From the human T2T-CHM13v2.0 reference genome, Homo sapiens: DNA of 64,000 bases. The stretch is taken from the NCBI RefSeq assembly GCF_009914755.1, contig NC_060936.1. One strand, written 5' to 3'. The position numbers and the translations under genes were made by a program. The notes under the pieces are model-generated. The model did no database searches, was not told the DNA's origin, and saw nothing but the letters and a program-made list of their open reading frames with translations. Below, in pieces: positions 27,167 to 43,368 of this stretch (the first letter of the stretch is position 1; the number at the start of each line of letters is the position of its first letter).

Positions 27167-30100
27167 AACAAGCATACAACATGTGCACAACATGTATGCA
27201 TGCATACCGCATACATGCTACATGTATACCACACACGTTACATGCACACTACATGTATACATCAATCATATATAATGCACGTAGGCTATATGTGCAGAAA
27301 TTCCATACTACATGCATACAACATGTGCTCAACATGCATGCTACATATATACATCCACACTACATGCATACATGCGCAAAACAGGCATGCTGCATGCAGA
27401 CATGTGTACAACACGTGTACAACATGCATGCTACATGCACACAGCATGCATGCTACATGCTTAATGCATGCATAGCACATGGGAACAACATCCATACTAC
27501 ATATCTACATTCGTAAAACATTCAGGATGCATGTGTAAACATATATTCAACATGCACACAACATGCGCCCAAAATATATGCATGCTGCATGCATACTACA
27601 TGAAACATGCACACTACGTGTATACATCATGCATTCATGCTACATGCATGCTACATGTGCACATGCTTTCAACATACATGCTACATGAGCACCACATTCA
27701 CACTACATCCGTACAAGTGTGCAGCATGCACACAACATACATGCTATATGCGTAAAGCATGATTGCTGCATGCATACAACATGCAACTACATGTGCATAA
27801 CATAAATAATGCATGCACACAACATGCGTACAGAGAGCATGCATACTACATGAACACAACATGCAAAACATGCGCACAACATGCCTAATGCATGCATGCC
27901 ACATGCGCACAACATGCATGCTACACATGTACAACATATGTGCAACATTCATGCTACATGCGCACAACATACATTCAACATGCACACAACATGCGCACAA
28001 CTTGTATGCATGAATATTGCATGCAGGCTACATGTATACTACACACGATACATGTGTGTTACCAGGATACATCATGCATGCAACTATATGAATGCTGCAT
28101 GCATATAGCATCCATAGTACATGCATGCAAAATGTGTCAAACATAAGTCCTACATGTGAAAAACATGCTACAATATGCGTGCAAAATGCATACTGCATGC
28201 ATATAACATGGGCATAACACCCATACCTCATGCTTAGAACATGCATGATACATGCACAGAACGTGTGTACATTTGCTACATGCACAGAACACATGTACAA
28301 CATGCTACATGTGAACAACACGTGCACAGCCTGCATACCACACACGTACATGCTTACAACATAACAGTATGCCCACTGCATGCGTAAAGCATATATGCCC
28401 ATGTGTGCAACATGAAAACTACATGATACAATATGCACACAACATCCCTGCTGGTGCAAAACGTGCGTACAACACACTACATGCATAGAACTGGCATGCT
28501 ACATGTGCACAACATGCAAGCCACATGCATACAAGCAAGCCACATGTGCAAAACATGCGAACATGTGTACAGCATACAAGCCTGATGCATAGAACATGCA
28601 TACGTGTGTACAGCATGTGTTAAACATTCATGCTACATGCATACATCATGCGAGCAGCATGTGCGCATTTTCACAGCACACATAGAACATGCTGCAACAC
28701 GCGTGAAGCATGCATGCAGCATGCACACTACATGATGCAAGTAGGGCACAATGGGTATGGTACAAGTCGTGGCCTGTGTAGAGCATGCAAACCACATGCC
28801 ACAACATGTAAGTCACATATGCACAACATAGAGCTCTATTCTACACGCTTGCTGCATGCTACAACATGCAAGCTACATGCCTGCTGCATGCTTAGAACAT
28901 GCATTCTACATTCTTTGGAGCATGCATGCTACACACATAGAACATGCCCACTGGATTTTGTGAAATGTGCAGTACATGCTACAACATGCAACCTACATGC
29001 GTGCAGCATGCACACTACAGCCTTATAACATGCTTACTGCATGATGCAGCATGTAAGCTACATGCATGGCACACGTTGCCACATGTGTAGGGCCTGTATT
29101 GTACATGCATTGAGCTTACATGCTACACATGTAGTACATGTGTACTTCACGCCACATGCAAGCTGCATGCTCGCAACATGCCACAACATGCGAGCCACAT
29201 GCCTGCAACATGCCACAACATACAACCTATATGCTTGTAACATGTGCACTGCATACTACATGAAAGCCACATGTTGAAACATGTGTGAAGCATGCATGCA
29301 TGCAACACAGACATTACACGCTGTAACATGTGTATAACATGCGTGCAGCATGCATATTATGTGCTGCGACATCCGCATGGCATATGTGCCACATTAATAA
29401 TAAATGCACACTGCATGCCACAACAACTAAGCTATATTTTTGTAACTTGCACACTACATGCTACAGCATGCAAGCTACATGCATACATTCTTGTAGCATG
29501 GATGTAACGTGTGCTGCATGCCACATGTGTACTACATGCTTTTAACATGCACACTACTTGCTAAAACATGCACGCTACATGCATGTGACACACATGCCAC
29601 ATGCGTAGAACATGTTTTCTGCATGTGTGTGGCCTGCATGCTGCACAAGGAGAACATGGGTGTGGCATGCCACAACAGGCAAGCTACATGATTGCAATAT
29701 GTGCACTATATGTCACATGGAACCTACATGCTTTTAACATGCTTGCTGCATACTGCAACATGCAAGCTACATGTGTGAAACATGCATGCAGCATGCACAA
29801 TACACACTGCAACATGTGCACTTTGAAACATGTGTGCTGCATGTCCCAACATACATGTAGCGACATGTGTACAGCATGTTTGCTGAATTCGTGATATGTG
29901 CACACTACATGGCACATGTAAGCTACATGCTTGTAACGTGTGCACTACATGCTACACTATGCAAGCATCATGTGTGCAACATGTGTACTACATTCTTGCA
30001 ACATGTGCATTGCATGCTACAATATGCAGTCTACATGTATGCTACATGCTTACTATAGTTGCAACAAGCATGCTACACACTACAACATGCATGGCACATG

Positions 30101-30444
30101 CATTGGACATTTATTCTACATGCAAGCTACATGCATACAGCATTCATGCTACACACATTCAGTATGCATTCAACATGCACACTACTTGCGCATAACATGC
30201 ATGCAACATGCTACGTACATGCCACTTTCTGTGAGGTGTGTGCAACATTCATACAACATGCATACTACAGGCATACAGTATGTGTTCATGAGTAGGCATG
30301 CAGACAATATGCATACCACGGTTGTACATCATGCACGTGACTTGCCAGAACATGCATGCTGCATGCATGCAACATGTGTGCAACATTCATGAGCATGCAT
30401 ACTACATGTTACCACATGCATACCACATGCACGCTACACACGCT
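27150..30444. repeat. 3.3-kb degenerate purine-pyrimidine array of ACAACATGC / GCTACATGC / TGCACACTACATG units
   Basis: Near-continuous CA/TG/CATG/TGCA alternation broken every ~9-13 nt by AAC or CTAC; sharp boundaries; generates His/Met/Cys/Thr-rich ORFs in all frames. Confidence 0.95.
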
Positions 30445-30946
30445 CAGCCACCCCTCAAGAAGAATACAAGAAGAGCAATAGGTACCTTTAAAAATGTTAT
30501 GTTAAGCTCTCTTTTTTCTTCTATTTAAAGTTTCAAGAAAAGGCTCCAAGAGCAAACAAATAAAACCAAAAAACATGTAAGTAAGTAGCAAGCCCTCAAA
30601 AACCTAGAGCCACTGCAGGAGAACTGCTGGGGAGTTAACATCAAGAACTCACACGTAATTGCTAGTTTGTAGATGACGAAGCTCAATACTGATGGCTGTT
30701 TTAGAAAAGAGAACAAATAATGAGGAAAATGTAAAATTCTGGTTAGTCTATATAAAATATTTATTACAGTCATCAGTATTAAGTGTTTTCTCTGCCATAT
30801 TGTACAGTAATACTTTGTTTTAATGTGTTCTATTTAATGGGTCATACTTACTTGCATTGTATTGAATTACAAAAATGATTTTGTTGAGGAATTCACCACC
30901 TCACTGATGGTGTTGAGGTCCACTGTGCCCCAACCCCAATTCTTAG

Positions 30947-31141
30947 CAGGTTTAGCTACATAAATTGTAGGGCCCAATGTAAAATGAAAATGAAGGACCC
31001 TTTGTTCTAAAGTTATTAAGAATTTCAGGATGGTGACAGTGGCACATCAAACCAAAAGTGAAGTCCTTCTATACACTGAGTTCATCTAAGTACAGGGTTC
31101 TGTATGACTACAAAAGTTGCACACCCATGAAGCCAGGCCTG
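30947..31141. mobile_element. MER91A-type hAT-Tip100 MITE
   Basis: ctacataaattgtagggcccaatgtaaaatgaaaatg...cacacccatgaagccaggcctg. Confidence 0.65.
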
Positions 31142-34100
31142 TTTTGACAGGCAATCCTATTCATATAATTCTCTCCAGCTAGTTTAAATACTCCTGGCAA
31201 ACAATGGCCTTGGGGCAGCCAAAATTAATGGGCTCAGGGCACCCAGGACCTAATAAAATACTTGCCATAAGTCAATGACATGGCTTGCATCTTATGTTAT
31301 TAAAGAAGTTGGGAAATCTACCATGCTAGTTTTTCTTTGCCAAGAAATAAAGATTATATCTAGAGACAGATAATTTCCCTTGAGAAATTACAATCTCCCA
31401 TGTGTGAGTTAATGTAAAGGAATACGAATGAATCTTTTCAGGCTCCACAGTACCTTACAAAAAAATTCTTCTAAAATGTCTTTTAGATTTTCTTTTTGGC
31501 CATGTTACTGTAAATGAGGCAGCCAGGTTTTTGTTGTAGCCATTGTTGTTTTTAAATAATTTTAAGTTTTTGCACATCTTGGCTAAGAGCTGAATATTGT
31601 GGTCTTTCCAGTTAGACAGAAGACAAAGTAGAAGCAGATTCTGGCTTCACAGTTTCTTTCACATCCTCTGTCTCTTTCATCTCACATTTGCTCAGTGATT
31701 TCATTCTTTCTCCATTATGTAGTTTAAGAGATTAGGAATCCATTTTATTCATCTGACAACTTTTTTTCAGACAATTAGCATTACACCTACTTCTAAGAAA
31801 AGGAGTTACCTGACAATGCTGTCATTGCTACCTACTTGTATTTACGGAAACATTCAAATGTTAATCTGTTCCCTTCACACTTGGCCCAAAATTCAGATAA
31901 CAGCTCCCAAAAGGTGCTATCAGGAGTGACAGTGATAGCAAACCCATACAACATGCCATAAACCCGCTTACTCTCTGTGCACATAAAAAACATGACTAAC
32001 CAATTGTGATAGTTTTGCACATTAACTCCAGATGCAACCTTAAAACCGCTCTCAACACTGCCTCCCAGACTGCCACTCTCTGTTAATAGGTTGGCCTGTG
32101 AGTGGAAACCCCTTTACAGTCCCTGAGCCAGTGGAAGATGGCTGCAAGGAGGCACGGGCCCTAAAACATAATAATGCATCTTCCACATAAATGAAAGTCT
32201 AGCACTTACAAAGTGTTTCCATAGCTTTAGATTTTATCACTTCCATTTGAATAAATGTATTACCAATAAATTTTTAAGGAGGACTAAGAAGATTACATCT
32301 TTTGTACTTTGAGATTCTTTTAAGGAAGTTTCTATAAGAATTTTTACTATTCTGCAAACATAGTACCAGATAATTGAAAATTACCATACAAGGCTTATAT
32401 GGCCATATTAGAGTATTTCTATGAATACTGATGCCTAAAAGTGTGAGAAATCCATGAAAAATATGCCTGAGAGCCATTTTAAACAAATATAGGCAAAAAT
32501 AAGGGCCCCGATAATTAATATAGTTTTAGCTATAATTTATCACCACTAAACCCAATATTAGGGGTTTTGTGTGTTATATTTGCCTCCAAATTGAAAATAA
32601 ATTGTTTATGGATAGGAAGATTTCATTGAATCTGTGTTTCCTAACATTAGCAGAATTTTGATTCTCCAACTATTCACACCAGTTCCTGAATGAATTATTT
32701 TACTTTACATGGTTTCTGGTCAAGATATGTACAGAGAATTGGGCCTTTCACTCCCAATCATTGCTAGACTGGGTTCCAGTTTTCTAAACTGTGAACAAAC
32801 CCCAGAGGGCAGTTGTGAAGATTAAAAGAGGTAAGTCAAGAGCTTTGAAGAGTGCCATAGCAAGGTGTGCTCAACACGTTAGCTAAGATAAAATATTGTG
32901 ATGGTGATGATGAAGATTTTTCTCTCTTTTTTCCCTTAGCAATTTTCTCACTACTGCCATTTCTCGCCATTGTAGTAACATGGAATAACTACTACTAAGC
33001 GACTATTAAATATCTGCTTTTCAATTCCTGACTACTGATTGATTTATTGATTTACTTTGAAGGAGAATGTGGTTATCAGCCTAACCTGCATTTACTCTGG
33101 ACAACCACAGTTTATTTTACTCACAATTGCCTCATTGCAGTTGCAGGATTGAGACTATAAACCTTCTCAATTCCTGGTGCCAGAGAATGCGTAAAGAATT
33201 CTGGCCAATGAGTCACACAGCTGCTCTGTTGTTTCTAATTTGGCTGCCAGGATCAAGTTGCTTCTCAAAGAAACTTTAATAACTTTTCTTTCCAAAACGT
33301 TAATCTTCATCATCTCATGGCTTAAGTGTTTAATGATTACTTCATAAACAATTTTCATACTTCCCCACGGTTACTCGCAAAGTTATCCAGCTATTTTATG
33401 TTTATCCCCTTTTTCAATCTGCTTAACATTTAAAAAAAAATTGTGAAGCTGAGCGTATGGTGAAAACGAACTAGCAAAAAACTAGGAAGCTGTAATAAAG
33501 ACATATTTTTCCAAAGATAGCCTTTTTCTAGGATTTTCAAGGGAATCTGTTTTTTTTTTTTCCTTTAAAGTTGCAAGGTTGAAGATAAATCTCTTTTGCT
33601 CCATTTGTAGTAAGTCACTAAGGTAGGTGATAGTGAAATGTTGTCTTTGTAGTACTAACTCTGGAGAAAATAGGAAGGTTCTGGGCACAGAACGAGTGAG
33701 AGGGACTTTTCCTCCCTGTCATGGGGAGACTAGGTCATTCCAATTAACCTTCCCTCTAAAGATCCATAGAAAACCAGATTAAACAACAACACTATTTGCC
33801 TCATAACATCAGATCATTAAGAACAGAGAAGTGTCAGGCCAGGGAAAGAGAAAGGACAAGCCCAGAATTTGGGGCCCCTTCTGTGCTGGGGAGGAGTGAG
33901 AGGCTAAGCAGAGAACACTGAGAGTCTCCAAGGAGAGCAGGGCCCACAGGGTGTGGGGACCCTGGTAATCCATCCTGTACATAGGAGTGGGGCCCTGAAG
34001 AATGGCATTAGAAGTGAAGAGGGATTAGAAGTTGGTCACCACTCCCACCAATTGCAACTCAGCTTCTAGGGATCTTGACCATCTTAATAAATGTGAAAGA

Positions 34101-36660
34101 AACACTTTTAGTAAAAAAAATGGAAAGAGTTTATCACCAGAAGACCGGTACTAAAGGAAATTGTAAAAGTGGTCTTCCAATAGAATGAAAAGGATTTGTG
34201 ATGAAAGGCACAGCAATGGAGGAAGTAATAGAATGCAACGTAAGTGGTAAATATGGTAATATATGATTAAATCTAGTGGGAAATTCCCTGCTTGCAAATC
34301 TGTAGTGACAGAAAGTAAATTACCAGTTCCCAGGGGCTAGGCAGGAGAGAGGCTGGTGACTGTTAAAAAGCAAAGGATTTCTTTTCAGAGTGATGGAAGT
34401 GTTTTAAAATTAGATTGTGGTGATATTTGCACAATGCTATGAGAACACTAAAATCCATTGACTTGTACACTTTAAAAGGATGCATTTTATGGCATGTAAA
34501 TCATCTTTTGATGAAGTATTTTTAGAAAAAGAGCAAGATTTAGGACAACAGTAGTATGTAAATTAAAAGAAGACACGTAGGCTTGAGGTGTTCTGAGATC
34601 ATTGAATTGTCTGGAAAAAGGAAAAAATGTAGAATTTGTCATCATGCTATACAATTATGTTTTATGCACATCGTACAGGTGTGGCATTTCACACACACAC
34701 GTAAGTTTTTGAAAAAGAATGAGAGGCAACTAAGCCAAAAGGGCCGATTACTAGCAACTACTCCATTTTCCTAGCCAATTCCTTCTTAACGAACCCATAA
34801 TAGAACAATGATGAAGTTTTTAAGTAGACAGACAGTGGAAAGGTGATACTTTTCTCTAATGTTTTCTTCCTACACTGGAATATGTAAGGCAGTAGAAATA
34901 AAGAATATGAATACACTTAGTAAAGACAATGAATACAAATCACCTTAAAGAATGAAAATATAAAGTTTGAAATAATACAACTGACTTACAGTCGGAAAGC
35001 TATGACCTCACAAGTATTTTTCTGCTTTATAAATGCCAACTGTTGTAAACCACTTTCCCAGTGCTTACACTACCGAAAGTAGGATCCACACTCTGCTGTC
35101 TACCCCCAAACTGACCAGAATGTCTACACACAGTAAGAAATCAGACACTTGTTCACTGGTGGAATGAATATATGTTTGTATGTATTCACAAACGGATAGA
35201 AGACAGGATTTCTAGAAGTTGGATGTTTCAAATTTCCTGGAGGCAAGAGAAAAAATTCATTTTTTCTCTTTTTCTATTAAAATGTGTATTACAATTATCT
35301 TCCAAGCTTACAAAAATATAAAGTAACACATCTATAGAATTTTATAGATTTCTGGGTGAAATGGAATAAATTCACACCCTGGAGGATGTAAGGGTTATCA
35401 TTAGATATAGAGTTTACTTTCTACTTTGTTCCTTCTACTGAGTGATGATAATCCTGACTTCTGATTTAGAACCATTGACACTGGTTTTCCTTTTGGAAGA
35501 CATCTCCCGGGTCAGTACTCTTCCTCCAGATAGACTCATCTAAAACTACTGCAAATCTTCTAAAACCTTCTCAATTTCTTAAAGACAGTTCTCAATTTCT
35601 TACTCTAAAGTTTCTCTTTCCTAAGTTTGTCTTTTATCCAACACTAATGAATAGCTATAATTTAAGATCATTTCTCTTTACTCTTCAGGTGTAAATAGAG
35701 AACAATTCCTTATAGAAATTTTTTTTTGTTTTGCTAACTATTGTTAAATTGTTACCTTTTCATATCACAGTGTTTCTTTAATGTCAAAATGAGCTTGGCT
35801 CTTCTAAAATTCAATTTACCAAGCTGTCTGCCCAGATTCCATTTGAGGAGTTTAACTGAACTCTGTGGAGGCTTTACAGTATCTCAATTACATCTCAGAA
35901 GAAATTAGCTCAGAAAATGCCAGCTCTGCCCCACAGGGCTTGGCAAAAACAGAGTAATGGCCTGGCTATGTCAGTGATGAGAACTGCAGCAGAGAGAGGA
36001 ATAGAGGAATTAAGACAAAGAATGGATCAGCAGCCAGAGTTCAAGGGGGGAAAATGCTGGTGGTCATTCAAATACAAAAGAAAATCAGTCTGGAATGAAA
36101 CAGTCTTGGAACAGAAGCAGATTTGGGTGTTTGTGGAGATAAACAAGAGCAGAGGGAACTGTAATACTTACCCCTAGGACAAAACTCACCTTCTGGGGGC
36201 TGTGGTGAGGCCAGCCTTCAGTGACCCACCAGCTCTGTGCAAGGAGGCTCTAGTGCTCACACATCTTAGATGCCCAGCGGCTTCTGGCAAGCAACAAGAC
36301 ACAGCTCAGAGGCGGATGGGGAAATTGTTCTAAACAAGGAGGTCTGCACCAGAAATAAGAGTCCTAAAAGTGAGATTTCATCCCACTGAGGAATTTGGAA
36401 TCAGATAGTTGGTCTTAAAAAAAATAAGCAGAAAGACCTAATGTTATAACTCTTGAGAAGTGAATAGGAAAGAAATATCAGCATGATATCATCCATGGAA
36501 AACTGGCCTCAGCTAATGATGAAAGAGGGGTTCAGAAAAACACAGTAATAGTTCATTAGAAAAAAGAGTTCATTAAAGTATTTTTCCATATTTTAATATG
36601 GCTTTATTTATTATAGTATGAAATGTGATTTAATGTTATTTAAAAGACTATTTGATATAG

Positions 36661-37375
<715 letters not shown>

Positions 37376-37664
37376 CCTTATTCAATGTAAATAATATTGA
37401 TATTGTATATTCCTGGAGCCAAGATCTAAAAGGGTCACATCCAGAGGTGATATTCATAATTCCATGTCTAATGACTCTTGCCATGGGCAACGATCAACAC
37501 TGACCAATCAGAAATGAGCCCAGCCTTGGTTCTGGAGCTAGCTTCTGAAAGCCCCCAACTATGTTGGGCATTAACCCTTCACTGCTGAGTTAGAAAAAGA
37601 GGTCCCAAGGAAGGAGACAGGCTAAGGCAGTATAGGTTTATTTTTCATCAATATTTTACATAAG

Positions 37665-38674
<1,010 letters not shown>

Positions 38675-38769
38675 CATAAGTTTTTCAATATTTTAACAAC
38701 CATTTTGCAAAACACACTGATGACTATCAGCTATAGTTACAGCTCACAAGCAAACTCTGATCACATGTC

Positions 38770-38955
38770 TGAAAGCACAGTGGGGCTTTAGCCAGACTGC
38801 AAGGGATTGAATCCTAGACTTGTCCTTTACTAGCTCTGCGACCTTGTGAGGTTTATATAATCTATAAAAAGCATTGATGTGTAGATTACATGAGTTAATT
38901 CCTATGAAGTGCTTAAGAAGAGAGTCTGACACATAGTAAATGCTCAATGCAGCAA
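38770..38955 (+). mobile_element. MIR
   Basis: agccagactgcaagggattgaatcctagact...tactagctctgcgaccttg...tgacacatagtaaatgctcaat. Confidence 0.65.
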
Positions 38956-39878
38956 TATGATCTATTGATAGGGGCTACCAGGAACACTGTGCAGAGCAGG
39001 AAAAAATGTTACTGTGATTGATTAGCAATGCATGCCATAGGCAAGGAAAAGGGTAGTGTCAACAAGGAGTGCCATAGGTTTACCAATTCTGCTTTAGTCC
39101 AACCCTAAAACCCAGCTTACATAGGTGTGCTGAGCACATTACTTATAGCAGCATCATTACATCAACGATAAACGAACGGGAAGACTCTTAGAAGCCCCTT
39201 TAGTTTGGTCCCAATCTAAAATCAGTGATGTGAACACCAGTCACTATTTCTTAATGTAGGCTCTGACAACTGACAATTTTGAGATCTTGTCAGGCCAATG
39301 TCTCCCAATAGATAAATTTTGCTTTGGGTCACCATCTGGAAACCTTACATGTTCTATTTTTTTCCTTTTGTGTTTGTGTTCCTGAGAGTTTTGCGAGGCG
39401 AAATTTCCAAAATGGAGGCTGAAAATCGTCAGGTCTGTCATCAGAGATGGCTGAATTCTGGTTGGGGGCCTGTGACAAGAGGTGTAAAAATAACACATGT
39501 GACTGATCTTTTAATTCTGGTGGGGTTGTCTCCTGCCATATTAATGCCTCCTAGGCCAGACATGTTTCCCTGATGACATCATTACAACCTAAATTCTTGT
39601 GCATATCTTAACAAATGATACAATTTCACTAAAGATAATTTGGGAGGTAAGTGGCCACTGGGTGAATTTTTGATACAATTAAAAATTGTTCATCTTAAAG
39701 ATAACTTGGAGCAAAGGAGCAAGATAATTTATTCACTGTCAATTCCAAGGTAATTCAAGGATAATTCAAATAAAATATTCAAGGGTTTGTCTTTTTCTAG
39801 TTTGTCCTTTTTTTAGTAAGAAGATTCTAACCAAAATTCTGACATCAGAATAGCTTCATTAAAGAAATTCTTTTTTTC

Positions 39879-40208
39879 TGCCGGGTGTGGTGGCTCGTGC
39901 CAGTAATCCCAGCACTTTGGGAGGCTGAGGCGGGTGGGTCACCTGAGGTCAGGAGTTCGACACCAGCCTGGCCAACATGGTGAAACCCCGTCTCTACTAA
40001 AAACACAAAAAGTAGCTGGATGTGGGGGCAGGCACCTGTAATCTCAGCTACTCAGGAGGCTGAGGCAGGAGAATCACTTGAATCCAGGAGGCAGAGGTTG
40101 CAGTGAGCCAAGATCATGCCATTGCACTCCAGCCTGGGCGATAAGAGTAAAGCTCAGTCTCAAAAAAAAAAAAAAAAAAAGAAAAGAAAAAAAAGAAAAA
40201 AGAAAAAA
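39879..40208 (+). mobile_element. AluSx/Sq-type
   Basis: Full dimer with long A/G tail. Confidence 0.92.
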
Positions 40209-40479
40209 GTCTGTTTTCAATGTTAATGAAAAATGTGGAAACACTTAAGGCCTTCTGATTCCACCTAAAACCTGGCAACTTCTTATGTCCCACTCTGACT
40301 CTTCCTACTTAGAATACTTCCCTCCCACCCAGCTGTCAACTTCTCTCATTTCTCAATCTCTCCAGACCTTCTTCCCTTTCCTGTGTTATAAGCTGAATTC
40401 TCTCCAGCACTCCATCCTGACACATCCTCCTGCTCTGCTTCCATCCCCAAGGTATTAATATAAGTTCTCCTTAAAAAAA

Positions 40480-40890
40480 ACCATGATCATATTTTACTTT
40501 CTTTTATATGGATGAAATTTATTTTTAAATATTTAATTTGGAATTTTTTGCATCTGTGTGCATATGGGATTTTGGTCTTCAGTTTTCTTTCCATGGAATA
40601 TCTTTGTCTGATTTTCTTAATAGTATAATTCTAGGCTTAGAGAAGAGTTGAGAAGTGAACCTTCCTCTTCTATTTTCTGAAAGATTTTACACAGCATTGT
40701 TATTATGTCTTCCATAAATATTTGATGGAATTTACTAGTGACATCCTCTGGTCCTGGAATTTTCTTTATGGGAATGTTTCAAATTATAAATTCAATTTAA
40801 TATATTCAATTTATTTCAGTCTATCCTCATTCACTTTGTTCTTATTTTTATTATTTATTTCTATCTACTAATTTAGGGCTTAATTTGCTT
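40480..40890 (-). mobile_element. Old L1M ORF2 segment, inverted relative to the adjacent L1M
   Basis: Reverse complement matches the PGPDGFT...EEEGTLPNS...IDAKIL region of ORF2. Confidence 0.65.
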
Positions 40891-41107
40891 ATGGGTTTGG
40901 CCGAAAAGTTCTTAGGGCAAGATAGCAGAAACAGTGTGAGTCTTCATTTTGAATGATTTCTTGAGGCAAGGATCAATGTAGACCAGACGAGGAGCTGCGT
41001 GAATAAGGAAATGTTAGTTGAGTCCCAAGACATTCTGAGGTTGTAATTGAATAACTAATGTTTATTCCAGAAGCAAAGTGGGTTTAACATTAGAAATCAA
41101 TCATTGA

Positions 41108-41422
<315 letters not shown>

Positions 41423-42042
41423 TTATGTCAGAGATGCAGAAAAAAAAATTTAACACCCATTCGAGAAACATTTTTAAGTAAATTAGAAATAGAAAGGAAC
41501 TTCTTCAATGCAATAAAGTGTGCCTGTACAAAAACTACTATTAGCATCATAGCAAATGATTAATGATTGATTATTTATTTCCTAAGGTTGGGCACAAATC
41601 ATGGATGCTGTCTCTCATGACTTCTATTTAACATTGTCCTAATCAGTGCAATACAGCAAGAAAAAGAAATAGCACGAATATGCAATGGAAAGGATGAAGT
41701 AAAAGTGACTTTAGTAGCAGATTACATGGTCTTGTATGTAGAAAATCCTTAGGAACCTTTGAAAAAGCTACTAGAAATAATAAGAAAATTTAGCGAGATC
41801 ACAGACCCAATTTTAAAATATTACTTCTAACTACTAGCAAAAAAATTTGGAAAATTTATTAAGAAAGTAACAGTTTCAATGACATGAAAAAACATGAACT
41901 TAGTGATAATTTAATACAATACAGTCATTCTCTGCATAACAATGTTTTGGCCAAAAAACAAATGGCTTATGGAATGGTGGTCCCATACAATTATAATGGA
42001 GCTGAAAAATTCCTATTGCCCAGTGACCTTGTAGTACAATTA

Positions 42043-43368
<1,326 letters not shown>

